From: Chiloscyllium plagiosum
Lineage: Eukaryota
Direction: 5' to 3'
DNA: 64,000 nucleotides
Assembly (NCBI RefSeq): GCF_004010195.1
Contig: NC_057718.1
Span: forward strand, 71,147,790 to 71,211,789
The number at the start of each line of letters is the position of its first letter. The stretch's first letter is position 1. Under the pieces are notes generated by a model. It was not told where the DNA came from. It was given only the letters and a program-made list of their open reading frames with translations, and did not search any database. Below are positions 25,092 through 37,775 of the stretch, piece by piece. The translations under genes and the position numbers were made by a program.

Positions 25092-26664
25092 GTCAGGTAT
25101 GAGCGCAACTACTGGAGAGTTTGCCCTCTGATACCTGCTGATTCCAGTTTTGCTAAGGCTCCTTGATGCCACACTTAATTGAATGCCACCTTGATGCCAA
25201 GGGTTGTCACACTCACCTCATCTCTGAAATTCAGTTCTTTTATCCAGGTTTGGATCAAGGCTGTAATGAGATCAGGAGCTGAGTGGCCCTGACGGAACAC
25301 AAACTGGGCATCATTGAATAGGTCAGTGCTTAGCAGGTGCTGCTTGACAGTCCTGTTGATGACCCCTTCCATCACTTTACTGATGATCGGTAATAGACTG
25401 ACAGGGTGGTAATTGGCCAGGTTGGATGTATCCAGCTTTTTATGTTGAGGACATACTTGGGCAGTTTTCCACATTGTCGGATAGATGCCAGTGTTGTGAC
25501 TGTACTGGAACAGCAAGTTTTGGAGCACAAGTCCTCAGTACTAATGCCAGAATGTTGTCATGGCCTGTAGCCTTTGCAGTATCCAGTGTCCCCAGCTGGT
25601 CATTGATATCACATCGAGTGAATCGAATTGGCTGAAGACTGGTTTCTACAATGCTGTCACCACTGCAGGTGGCCAAGATGGATCATGCACTCGGCACTTC
25701 TGGCTGAAGACTGCAATGAAAGCCTCAGCCTCATCTTTTGCAGTTATGTGCTGGGCTCTTACATAATTGAAGATAGGGATATTTACTTGTGCAGCCTCCT
25801 TCTAGTCAGATGTTTAATCGTTAACTACCATTCACAACTGGATGTGTCAGGATTGCTGAGCTTATATCTGATCTGGTGCTTGTGGGATTACTTAGTTCTA
25901 TCACTTGCTGTTTATGTTGTTTGGTATGCAAGTCGTCCAGTTTGGTGGCTTCACCAGGCTTGCACCTCATCTTCAGGTATGGTGGATACTGTTCCTGGCA
26001 TTCCCTCCTGGACTCTCTGTTGAACCAGGGTTGATCCCCTGGCTCGATGGTAATGGTTGAGCAAGGGACATGCTGGGCCACAAGTTTACAGATTGTAGAG
26101 TACAATTCTGTTGTTCATGGCACACCTCACCACTCAGATGCCCAGCCGAGAGTTGCTAAACCTGTTTAAAGGCTGTCCCACTTAGCACAGTGATAGCGCC
26201 ACACAACATGATGGTGGTTATTTTCAACGTCAAGGCCGGAATTGGTCTCCACAAGGGCTCTGTGGTGGTCACTCTTATTTGGGCACGGACGGATGCATCT
26301 GCAGCTAGCAGATTAGCAAGGATGAAGTCAAGTATGTTTTTCCCTCTTGGTGGTTTCCTCATCACCTGCAGCAGACTCAGTCTAGCAGCTATGTCCTTTT
26401 AGGACCCAACCAATTCAATTAGTAATGCCAAACCACTCTTGATGGTGGACATTGAAATCCTCCACCCAGAATACATTTTGTGCCCTTGCCAACCTCTGTG
26501 CTCTCGCTAAGCATTGTATAACATGGAAAAGTACCGATTCATTGGCAGAGGGGGATATGATTCCATGAGTATGACTATTTCAGGCTGTTTCTTGATTAGT
26601 CTGTAAGTTGTGGTAATCAGGAGGTTTCCTTGCCTGTGTTTAACCTGAAGCCATGAGACTGTAA

Positions 26665-27090
26665 GTTATAGAGTTATAGAGATGTACAGCACGGAAACAG
26701 ACTCTGCCCAGTCCAACTGTCCAGGCCGACCAGATATCCCAACCCAATCTAGTCCCACCTGATAGTACAAGGCCCATATCCCTCGAAACCCTTCCTATTC
26801 ATATATCCATCCAGATGACTTTTAAACGTTGCAATGGACTAGCCTCCATCATTTCCTCTGACAGCTCATTCCATACATGTACCACCCTCTGCATAAAAGT
26901 TGCCCCTTAGATCCCTTTTATATCTTTCCCCTCTCACCCTAAACCTATGCCCTTCAGTTCTGGACTTCCCCCACCCCAGGGAAGAGACTTTGACTATTTA
27001 TCCTCTCCATGCCCCTCACGATCTTATAAACCTTCCAACAGGAAGTTCCTTGTAATTTTTTTCTGAACCCTTTCAAGTTTCCCAACATCC
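26665..27090 (-). mobile_element. CR1 3' end fragment
   Basis: atagagtt tail repeats; same 3' UTR as 52181-52478 and 51339-51542. Confidence 0.8.
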
Positions 27091-29912
27091 TTAGTCAATG
27101 TTGAGGACTTCCAGGGCAACTTCCTCGAGACTGTAATATCATTGTGCTACCACCTATTTTAGCTCTATCCTGCCGGTGAGACAGAACACACCCAGGCATG
27201 GTGATGGTGGCGTCTGGCGTATTGTCTGCAAGATATGATTCCATGAGTATGACTATTTCAGGCTGTTTCTTGATTAGTCTGTAAGTTAGCTCTCCCAATT
27301 TTGGCACAAGCCCACAGATGTCACAAAGGAGGACTTTCCAGGGTCAACAGGGATGTTTCTGTTGTTATCTTTTCTGGTGCCTAAGCCAATGCCAGTTGAT
27401 CTGTCCGGTTTCATTTCTTTGAGACTTGGTAGGGATTGATACAACTGAATGGCTTGCTAGGCCACTTCACAGGGCAATTGAGAGTCAATCACACATTGCT
27501 GCGGGTCTGCAGTCACAAGGAGGCCAGGGCAGGTGAGAATGGCAGATTGCCTTCCCTGAAGGATATCAGTGAACCAGATGGGGTTTTTCTGATCGTCAAC
27601 AATGATTCTTAATTCCAGATTTTTTGTGTTTTCTTTTCAATTCAAATTTCACCATCTGCCATGTTGGGTTTAGTACCTGGGTCTCTGGATTAATAGTCTA
27701 GAAATGGTTTGACCAATATGTGACTCCAGGTCCACAATAGAGCGAATGACTCTTAACTGCTCTCTGAAATAGCAAACCAGTCAGTTCAATAGCCATAATC
27801 AATGGGTACATGTGGCCTTGACAATGATGCACAAATCTCAAAGTATATTAAAAAATCATTCCTACTTCTGTAGTTAACCATCATTATCTGGGATTCCACT
27901 GAAAATACCTTTCTTTAAAGAAAGTTTTGGCAGTATAGAACTTAAGCATTTGTCGAAAAATATACTTCCTTTTTCCCTTGCACTCTCAGGAAAGTTGGCA
28001 AGAAATACCAATGTAAAGAGAAAATATTCGCATTGAGAAGGAAGTGCGAATGGTTTGGCAAGTGAATTCTGATTGCTTGTTAGTAACACATGAGTTAGTA
28101 ACTAATATTTACTGCCAAACTTTGTTTAAATTTTATGATCTTGTAGGTAGATTCTGTTCAGTTCATTTTTTGGGGCAATGCGTTCACATGGAATATAACA
28201 TCACCACCTAGTTCATAGAATTGAAATAGACTCAACGCAGGCATATGATATTTCTCAGTCTACAAAAAACAGGGTCCCATGTAAGAATGAATGTGACTTC
28301 CAGTATGCACAACTGCACTGAGATAGTGTGTTATAGGCTCTCTTTATTAACTCACTCACCAGCTCACTATATTCATTAATACCGGATTCCCATTCATTCA
28401 TTCATACACAATCCTTTATTTACGATAACAGGGTTTAATCTACTCATTCATAAAACCAGAGTTCTGCACTATCCACAGTTAAAAACAATCCTTTGAAACC
28501 CATGACCGCATTTCCACACCTTGTCAGCATACAGAACAATACCATCCTCATCAAGTCTCCACTAAACATTATAATATGAATCACAACCCTTACCAACCAT
28601 CTCCTGGATCAATTAAGTACCAATTAATTACTTTTTAGCTCGGCCATTACCCCATTTAAGAAACCAACTGACAAAACAGTGCTTGCATGAAACTGCATGA
28701 AAGAAAGAAACTCATGCCAGCAAATCTTAAATAAATCTCACCACACAGCTGCAGTAATCAGTTTAATATCCTTTATTATTTTGTTATGATTTCTAACTTA
28801 TTCACACCACATAGGTCTAGTAGTTTATACTAATATTTAAAAGACAAAAGAACTGACATCTCTTGATTATGTATGCAAACTGGACAGACACCCTTAATCC
28901 CACCAGAAGTAACAGCCAGCACTTAGCCACAAGTTTTTAACCCATCTCCTGTCTCCCAGGTCAGAAGTCCTTCAAACCTTCATGACTTATAGAATGGAAC
29001 TTTAATATATGTAAGAACTGTGTACAAAGCGGCTCGTGTAAGAACTGTATTTCAGGATTATTTTGCCGCCTTGAACTTGCGCTGTGATTGTTGAATGAAG
29101 AGGCTATTTTCGTCACTCACCAATTTTGATCGTTATTTGAACACGACCCCACTACACCATACTGTAAGCCAAGTGAACCCTAAATAGGTTGTCAGTGTAA
29201 TCGTTCACACACTCAGGATTGCTTAGCAAATGCTGTCTAGCCTCAAATCACTTACATTCCGCACAGAGTTTTCAGTTTTGCAGTACAGCGATAGGTTAGG
29301 TACATTCAGGACCTTGATTATGGCAAACAGCTGAAAGATTATGCTGTTTCATACAATCCACCATTCTTTGGAATAACCAGTCTAGATATTGGCACTAAGT
29401 TGAAGGTAGTGGCTGGGATGTCAAAGAAGCCAGTTGCTTCTTCTTGGGAAGTTTTAACATTCCAGTAGTATTAGAGCCAAATCCATCCAGACAAGTGAAG
29501 AGTATTCCAAACTTCTAACCTGTGATGTGATGGACAGCAGACAAGCTTTGACTGTCAGGTGGTGAGTTTCTCACACACTTAACCACAGTATTTATATAGA
29601 TAGTCCAACTCAGTATCTGGTAATGAAAAACCTGCAAGATGATGACTTCGTGAACAGGATATGGGCTTCACTGGATAGGCCAGCATTTATTGCCCATCCC
29701 TAAATGTCCAAAGGGGAGTTAAGAGACAAACATGTTGCTGCAATTCAGCAAAGGTTCAGCACAAAAGGGAGATTGTTAGATTCTCTTTTGTTGGAGATGG
29801 TCATTGCTTGGCAACTGTGGCACAAATATTACTTGCCACTTATCAGCTCAAACCTGAATATTGTTCATATCTTGATGTGTATGGACAGGGATTACTTCAT
29901 TGTCCACGGAGT

Positions 29913-30180
29913 TTAGATTAGATTAAATTAGATTCTCTACAGTGTGGATACAGGCCCTTCGGCCCAACCAGTCCACACCAACCCTCCGAAGAGTAACCCA
30001 CCCAGACCCATTTCCCTCTGACTAATGCAATTTAGCATGTTCAATTCACCTGACCTGCACATCTTTGGACTGTGGGAGGAAACCAGAGCACCCAGAACAA
30101 ATTCCACACAGACAGTCACCCGAGGCTGGAATCGAACCTGTGACCCTGGTGCTGTAAGGCAGGAGTGCTTACCACTGAGT
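29913..30180 (-). mobile_element. HE1-type V-SINE
   Basis: (ttaga)n tail, V core and tRNA head on the minus strand. Confidence 0.88.
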
Positions 30181-30603
30181 TACAAGTGAACAAGTGACCT
30201 CGTGATGGAGGGAAGATTAGTGACAAAAATGGTTAAGCTTATGAAGGTACCTAGCAAAATGGCTTGGGGCTATGATAATTGCCTTCCAACAATCCTTACC
30301 ATCTTTATTAATGCTCAGTATGATTTCAGAGATTTCCCTGATTCATATGAATATTCAGCCCGTCAAGCCCGCTCTGCCATTCAGTAAGGTCAGGACTGAT
30401 CTGTGGCTGAACTCTGTATGTCACCTTGGGTCCGTATCCCTTGATAGCCTTACTTAATAAAACAATTATCTATCTGAAATTTAAATTGAACAATTTAAAA
30501 TCAGCATCAAACCTCCACTGCTCTTTATGTGTAGAATCCTCAACTAGTGAAAACAGTTTATCTTTGTGGATGGAAGTTTGCTTGTTCAGCTGGAAGATTA
30601 GTT

Positions 30604-30645
30604 TTCAGATGTTTCATCACCATACTAGGTAGCATCATCAGTGAA
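30604..30645 (-). ncRNA. Minimal hammerhead motif in the inverted PLE arm
   Basis: UUCA-CUGAUGA-U-GCUACC(UAGUAU)GGUGAU-GAAA-CAUC-UGAA. One stem II mismatch. Confidence 0.6.
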
Positions 30646-31776
30646 CCTCCGGTGAAGCACTGGCGATATGGCCCGCTTTTTATTTGTGTGTTTATGTTTT
30701 TTGAGTTGGTGATGTAATTTCCTGTGGTGGTCATTTCCTGTTCTTTTTCTCAGGGGGTGGTAATTGGTATCAAAGTCAATGTGTTTCTTGATAGATGTCT
30801 GGTTGGAAGGCCATGCTCCTAGGAATTCTCGCGCACGCCTCCATTTGGCTTGTCCGAGGATGGATGTGTTGTCCCAGTCGAAGTGGTGTCCTTCCTCATC
30901 TGTATGTAAACATACTAGTGAGAGTGGGTCATGCCTTTTGGTGGCTAAACAACAACGAACTGCCATTCCTACATGTTGCAATAGAACAAACAGTCAATGG
31001 TGAACTTCAAACCAGCGTCTACAGGAAAAACAACACATACAGGCCAAATACTTAACTACAGAAGCGATCAACCCAACACCCAAAAAAGAGCTGCATTAGA
31101 ACATTATTTCAATGAGCCACCACACACTGCAGCAGAGAGGAACTATGAAGAGCAGAGGAAAATCACCTATGCAGCGTATTCAAAAAGATTAGGCACCCAA
31201 TGAACACAGTTCATCGATTTCTCAGCAACAAACCCAAAAAAGCGGACAAAACATGTCCAGAAACCTTAGCCACTCTCCCCAACATCAAAGACACTTTGGA
31301 AATGACTGCCAGACTACTCTGACCCCTTGGCATCATGGTAGCCCACAAAGCCACCAACATACTAATACAGCAGCTAATGAACTTGAAAGATGCTACACAG
31401 ACAACAAGCAAAACTAAAGGCATTTACAAAATACCATGCAAGAACTGTAACAAACACTACATTGGACATACAGGCAGAAAACTAGCCACCAGGATACATG
31501 AACATCAACTAGCCACAAAAAGACATGACCCACTCTCACTGATATCTTTACATACAGATGAGGAAGGACACCACTTCAACTGGGACAACGCATCCATCCT
31601 AGGACAAATGAAGACAGGTGCAGGAATTCCTAGAAGCATGGTATTCCAATTGGAACTTTATCAACAAACACCTTGACCACCCCCTGAGAAAAAGAACAGG
31701 AAATGACATCACCAACCAAGGAAACCTAAACATTCAAATAAAAGGTGGGCCATATCACCAGTGCTTCACCAGAGGC

Positions 31777-31817
31777 TCACTGAAGATGTTACCTAGTAGT
31801 GGTGATGAAACGTCTGA
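31777..31817 (+). ncRNA. Minimal hammerhead ribozyme in the PLE 3' region
   Basis: UCA-CUGAAGA-U-GUUACC(UAGUAGU)GGUGAU-GAAA-CGUC-UGA. Stem I UCA/UGA and stem II pair. Confidence 0.75.
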
Positions 31818-31894
31818 AAACAAACCTTCCAGTTCAGCAAGCAAACATACATCCAGAACCACAAATTCTCTCAAAACTTACTAAGTTTATCTTT

Positions 31895-33423
31895 CAATAA
31901 AACAACACCCCAACCGGTTGAATCCTCTCAAAGTCACACAGGTCCAGAAGGATGTGAATGTGATGCTCAATGAAGACATCATCGAAACCAGATGGAGTAG
32001 AGTTCATCCAATCGCGTTAGCTCCCAAATCTGAAGGAATTCCATGATTTGGGTCAATGCTGTTTAAACTAAACAAATTGGACTCCTATCTAATGCCAAGA
32101 TTGGAGGAAAGTTGGATTTAGTGTGCGCTTATTGGCAGGTACCTTTATCAGAGAAAGCGAAAGAAAGTTTCTACATTTGTAACCCCAACTAAGCTATATT
32201 AATTCAAAGTGATTCCCCTTGGAATGAAGAACGCACCAGCCACATTCCAAAGACTCTCAAACAGAGTTGTGGTTGGATTAACAAATTGTGCAGTTTATCT
32301 GGATGATGTAGTGATCATTAGTGAGTCATAGAAAGATCACATACTTAGAACACAGTTGGCAAAGCTCTTTGAAGGGTTAGATAGGGTGAACAATGAGAGC
32401 CTTTTTCCTCAGATGGTGATGGCCAGCACAAGGGGACATAACTTTAAACTGAGGGGTGACAGATATAGGACAGCCATCAGAGGTGGTTTCTTTACTCAGC
32501 GTAGTAGGGGCATGGAACGCCCTTCCTGCAACTCTGGTAGACTCATCAACTTTAAGAGAATTTAAATGGTCATTTGATAAACATATGGATGAAAATGGAA
32601 TAGTGTCTGTTAGAAGTACTTCAGATTGGTTCTACAGGTTGGAGTAACGTCAAGGGCTGAAGGGCCTGTGCTGCACTGGAATGTTCTACATTCTATGTTC
32701 TAATTAGGAGAAGCAAAACTGGTAATAAACTTTAAGAAAATAGAAAATAGAATTCGCGGAAAGCAGAGGTGATATGCCTCGGACATAACTTCAGTGTAGG
32801 AAGGTTGACTTCAAGGAACACGAAGACGAAGACCATCAAGGAATTTCCACAACCATCCTCTAAGAAACAGGTGCTTCAAGTTTTGCAAATAAGCGGATTC
32901 TACTGTAAGATTATTCCAAACTTCAGCAGTGTGGTGGTGCCACTAACAGATTTACTGAAGAAGAACACAAACATTTGGTGGACATAACCATGCCAGAAGG
33001 CATCTGAGAATTTAAAACCAGTATTAATCACCGCACCAAGCTTTCTGAAACCCTTCAAAGTTGGAATCCATGCTAGTAATATAGGAGTTGGAGATGTACT
33101 GCTACAGAAAAATGATGATGGAATTAAATGGCCAATTTGATATTTTGCAAAGAAACTTAACACCCACCAGAGAAAATACATTACCATCGGAAAAGAATTA
33201 TTACTTTTGGGACTGGCCTTACAACAACTTAAATGCTTATGTGACAAACAATGTGTCAGAGACAATTGTGTCCACGGAACACAATCCTTTTACATTCTTG
33301 GAAAGATTTAAAGACAAAAATATGAGACTATTTTGTTGCAATCTTATGTTACAGACTTTTAATTTACAAATTGTACATGCGCCAGGTTGTAAAAATGTGA
33401 CAGATGCGTTATCGTGGATTTAA
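31895..33423 (+). mobile_element. Gypsy pol RT-RNase H fragment (Gmr1-like), with a CR1 tail inserted at ~32370-32700
   Basis: IKQHPNRLNP, PLGMKNAPATFQR, AVYLDDV, IIPNFSSVVVPLTDLLKK, YFAKKL, TEHNPFTFL. Ends IVHAPGCKNVTDALSWI*. Confidence 0.88.
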
Positions 33424-36400
33424 AGGGAAAAATGTAGGAACACGTGGCTGCAGGGCTGGTGTAAGAGGGAGAGCTTCAGATATGTGATTGATTGGGATAC
33501 TTTCAAGGAAAGTAGTACGGGTTGCACCTGAACTGGAGGTGCACTAATATCCTGGACGGGAGGTTTGCTAGAGCTCTTCAGGAGGGTTTAAACTAGATTG
33601 GTAAGGGGTGGAACCTGAGCTACAGATCAGATGATGGAGTAGGTAGTGAATAGCCAGATATAGCATGCAGAGAGTCTATGAGGAAGGACAGGCACTTGAT
33701 AGGGCAAAGGTGTAGTCAGTGTGATGGACTGAAGTGTGTATATTTTAATGCAAGTAGTATCAGGAATAAGGGTGACGAACTCAGAGCATGGGTCAGTACT
33801 TGGAACTATGATGGTGTGGCCATTACGAAGACTCAGATATCAAAGGGGCAGGAATGGTCATTGGCTATTCCAAGATTTAGATGTTTCAAAAGTGGGTGTC
33901 GTTAAAGTGGTGGAGGAGTGGCATTGCTAATCAGGGATACTATCACAGCTGTAGAAAGGGAGATTGTAGAGGCGGGTTTGCCTACAGAGTCAAAATGGGT
34001 GGACGTCAGAAATAGGAAAGAAGCAGTCACTTTATTGGGAGTTAACTGCAGTTGCCCCAATAGCAGCAGAGACATTGAGAAGCAGATCGGAAGGCAGATT
34101 TTGCAAAGGTGCAGAAGTAACAGAGTTGTTGTCATGGGTGACTTTAACTTCCCTAATATTGTTTGCAATCTACTTAGTTCAAATAGCTTGAATGGAGCAG
34201 TTTTTGTCAGCTGTGTCCAGGAAGGGTTCCTGACACATGTCTATCGGCCGACTAGAGGGGAGACCATATTGGATTTAGTGCTTGGCAATGAACTAGACTA
34301 GGTGTCAGATCTCTCGATGGGACAACATTTTGGTGACAGTAATCACAACTCCACGACCTTTACCTATATCCATGGAGAAGGACAGGAGCAAACTGTATGG
34401 GAAAATATTTAATTGGGGGGAGGGGGAACTACAATGCTATCAGGCAGGAACTGGGGCACCTAAATTGGGAACAGATGTTCTCAGGAAAATGCACAACAGA
34501 AATGTAGAGGTTGTTCAGGAAGCACCTGCTGATCGTCCTGTCCCAAGGAAGGGATGGTAGCTTTAAGGAACCTTGGGTGACAAGGAATGTAGAACATCTA
34601 GTCAAGAGAAAGAAAGAAACTTAAGGTTGAGGAGGCAAGGCTTTAGAAGGTTACAAAGGTCACCAGGAAGGAACTGAAGAACGGACTTAGGTGAGCTAGA
34701 AGGCGGCATGACAAAGCTTTAGTGGGTAGATTAAGGAAAACCCTAAGGCTTTCTCCACTTATGTGAGGAACAAGAGGATGGCCAGATTGAGGTGGGGCTA
34801 ATCAAGGATAATGGAGGGAACTTGTGCCTGGAGTCGGAGGAAGTAGGGGATGTTCTCAATAATACTTTGCTTCAGTATTCACAACCGAGAGGGACTTTAA
34901 TGTTTCGTGACAGCATGAACCACACTGATTTGCTTAACAGTTTGATGTTAGGAAGTAGGATGTGACGAAAATTTTGAAAAACACAAGGATAGATGAATCC
35001 CTTTGGCCAGATGTGGTTTACACTCGGTCACTACAGGGAGTGAAGGAAGAGATTGCTGCACCTTTGACGATGATCTTTGCATTCTCACCATAAACTGGAG
35101 TACTGCCAGTGGCAAATGTTATTCCCTTGTTCAAGAAAAGGATTCGGGATAATCCTGGGAATTACAGACCACTCAGTCTTATGTCATTGGTGGACAGATT
35201 GTTGGAGAGGATCCTGACAGACAGGATTTAGGATTATGCGAAAAACCATAGTTTGATTAGAGATAGTCAGCATGACTTTGAGAGGGACAGGTCGTGCCTC
35301 ACAAACCTGATTCAATTCTTTGAGGATGTGACGAAACATGTTAATGAAGGTCGAACATTGGATGTGGTGCATGTGGATTTTAGCTAGGCGTTTGATAAGA
35401 GTCTCCATGGTAGGCTCATTCAAAAAATAAAGAGGCATGGGATATAGGGAAACCTGTCTGCCTGGATACAGAATTGGCTGGCCCATACAAGACAGAGGGT
35501 GATGGTTGATGGAAAGTATTCAGCCTGGAGCTCGGTGACCAGTGCTGTTCCACAGGGATCGGTTCTGGGATCTCTGCTCATTGTGATTTTTATAAATGAC
35601 TTGGATGAGGAAGTGGAAGGGTGGGTTAGTAAATGTGATGATAATACAAAGGTTGGTGGAGTGGTGGATAGTGTGGAAAAACTGTTGTAGATTGCATCGG
35701 GACATTGACAGGATGCAGAACTGGGCTGAGAAGTGGCAGATGGTGTTCCACCCAGAAAAGTGTGAAGTCATTCACATTAGAAGGTCGAATTTGAATTCGG
35801 GTTAAAGGCAGGATTCTTGGCAGTGTGGAGGAACAGAAGGACCTTGGGGTCCATGTCCATAGATCCCTCAAAGTTGCCATCCAAGTTCATAGAGTTGTTA
35901 AGATGTATGGTGTGTTGGCTTTCATTAGCAGGAGGAATTGAGCTTAAGAGCTGCAAGGTAATGCTGCAGCTCAATAGAGCTCTGGTTAAACCACACTTAG
36001 AATATTTGTATTCAGTTCTGGTCACCTCATTATAGGAAGGATGTCAACCTAAAGGGTACAGAGGAGATCTACCAGGATACTCTCTGGAGTGGAGGGCATG
36101 TCCTGTGAATAATGGTTGAGGGAGCTAGGGCTTTTCTCATTGGAGCAAAGAAGGATGAGAGGCCACATGATAGAGGTGTACTAGATGAAGAGAGGCATAG
36201 ATAGAGTGAATAGCCAAAGACTTTTTCCCATGGCAGAAATATCGATCATAAGGGGGGCACAGTGGCTCAGTGGTTAGCACTGCTGCCTCACAGCACCAGG
36301 GACCTGGGCTCAATTCCATCCTTAGGCGCCTGTCTGGAATTTGCACATTCTCCTTGTGTCTGTATGGGTTTCCCCCAGGTGCTGTGGTTTCCGCCCACAA

Positions 36401-36841
36401 TCCAAAGATGTGCAAGTTAGATGAATTGGCTATGCCACATTGCCCATAATGTTCAGGGTTATGTGGGTTAGGTGTATTGGTCAGAGGTAAATGTCGGATA
36501 ATAGGGGAGGGGAATGGGTCTAAGTGGGTTACTCTTCGGAGAGTTGGTGTGGACTTGTTGGGGTCGAAGGGCCTATTTCCACACTGTAGGGATTCTATGA
36601 TAAAGGGACATACTTTAAAATAACTTGGGAAAGGATTAGGGGAGGTGTCAGAGGTAGGTTCTTTACACAGAGATTGGTGGGTGCGTGCAATGCACTGCAG
36701 CAGTGATAGTAGAGTCAGATATATTATGGACATTTAAGCAACTCTTGCATAGGCACATGGAAGTTAGTACAATGAAGGATATGGAGGTTAGTCTGATTTT
36801 GGAGTAAGGGCCTGTACTGTGCCGTACTGTTCTATGTTCTA
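33424..36841 (+). mobile_element. CR1 LINE from the end of ORF1 (esterase) through ORF2 to the 3' tail; decayed
   Basis: LHLNWRCTNIL; CVYFNASSIRNKGDEL; VVMGDFNFPNI; VTSAVPQGSVLGSLL; ctgttctatgttct tail. Confidence 0.92.
36252..36598 (+). mobile_element. HE1-type V-SINE nested in the CR1
   Basis: Head, V core and tail as at 21341. Confidence 0.9.
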
Positions 36842-36993
36842 GAAGACTTGACAGTGTTATACAGGTGTGCAGAAATTAATATGCAAAATATAAATTAGAT
36901 TAATGACCTATGTCTTACATTGTAATGGGATTAAGAATTAGAAAACTGAATGAACCCATCTTTTCATTATGATTGTTTTTTTAAAGGGGCAGA

Positions 36994-37775
36994 TGTTATG
37001 AAGTTGAAGGCATGCACTGTACCTTCAAGAGACAGAGAGAATGCTGTTATGAACTGAGAGATTACAAGCACATTTGTATATGACTAGATGGCAGTCCCAG
37101 AGTGTACTGAAAAACTGAAAATACGAAACATTTGGCCATAAAATGGATACCTGAGTTTTGGGTGCTGTTTTGACAACAATTCAAATTTAACCAGTTTAAA
37201 TGATGCCCCAAGATAGTAAAATCCATTGAGTTTGAATTTATTATCTTACCAACATCCAACCAATGAGATGACCAAAGTATAAAATGCGAACCGTTTTGAA
37301 AATGGGTCAGAGAGCAACTTCCATCAAGACAGAAATGCACAGTGAGCTAACATCTTGCTCTCCAAGAAATTAGGAAACACTATCTATCAAAGGTTCCTTT
37401 TTATAAGAAACATACTTGTAGTAAAAAGAAAGACAATGACCTAGGGAGATCGTCAGCAGAAGAAGGAAGACATAGTAGACATCAGTGGTTGTGTGGTTTT
37501 GAAAATAAGTTGATGTAATTTTATTAAGTATCTTACTGGAACAGCACTGTGTTGTAGAGTTGGAGGCAGATTATAAGCAGTTAAGAGAAAGAGGGAGCTT
37601 AGAATTGTGAATAGTTGTTTAATATTCACTTTTAAGCGTTAAAAAATAAACTGACGTTACTTTCTTTAAATAGCAGACTTTGGAAGTTCTCTGTCACTCA
37701 TATTTTAATAGATTATGAGACGAATTGAGCTTTTCTAGTCTAATTAACAGAAGGGCTCACCTCTGTGTTGTAACA
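36994..37775 (+). mobile_element. Gypsy 3' LTR preceded by a polypurine tract
   Basis: aaaggggcaga|TGTTATGAAG...GTAACA. Internal AATAAA; homologous to the solo LTRs. Confidence 0.85.

Larger units (their letters stand above)
22616..27701 (-). mobile_element. Near full-length SINE-headed CR1/Jockey-group LINE with nested insertions
   Basis: 5' SINE-like region 27701-27440. APE: PKLGEL...QPEIVILMESYL, RGKNILDFIL. RT: NYHPVSLLPIISKVMEG, FRQGHSAPDLITAL, SEVGMFANDCT. 3' tail gatgggcaataaatgctggcc followed by an A-run. Confidence 0.88.
30566..31883 (+). mobile_element. 5'-truncated Penelope-type PLE with an inverted copy of its own 3' end (30566-30953)
   Basis: LPFLHV, TSVYRK, GIYKIPCKNCNKHYIGHTGRKLATRIHEH (GIY-YIG). 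11-bp TSD agtttatcttt at 30555-30565 and 31884-31894. Confidence 0.92.

Noticed and set aside
27909..28068. 160-nt candidate minus-strand exon preceded by two TACTAAC motifs
   Set aside because: No pyrimidine tract, no homology, and not needed for the TMEM181 frame.
29256..29330. 75-nt AG/GT-bounded open segment on the minus strand (LFAIIKVLNVPNLSLYCKTENSVRN)
   Set aside because: No TMEM181 similarity, and a phase 0-0 exon does not fit the phase 1 intron. The flanking real exons join directly.
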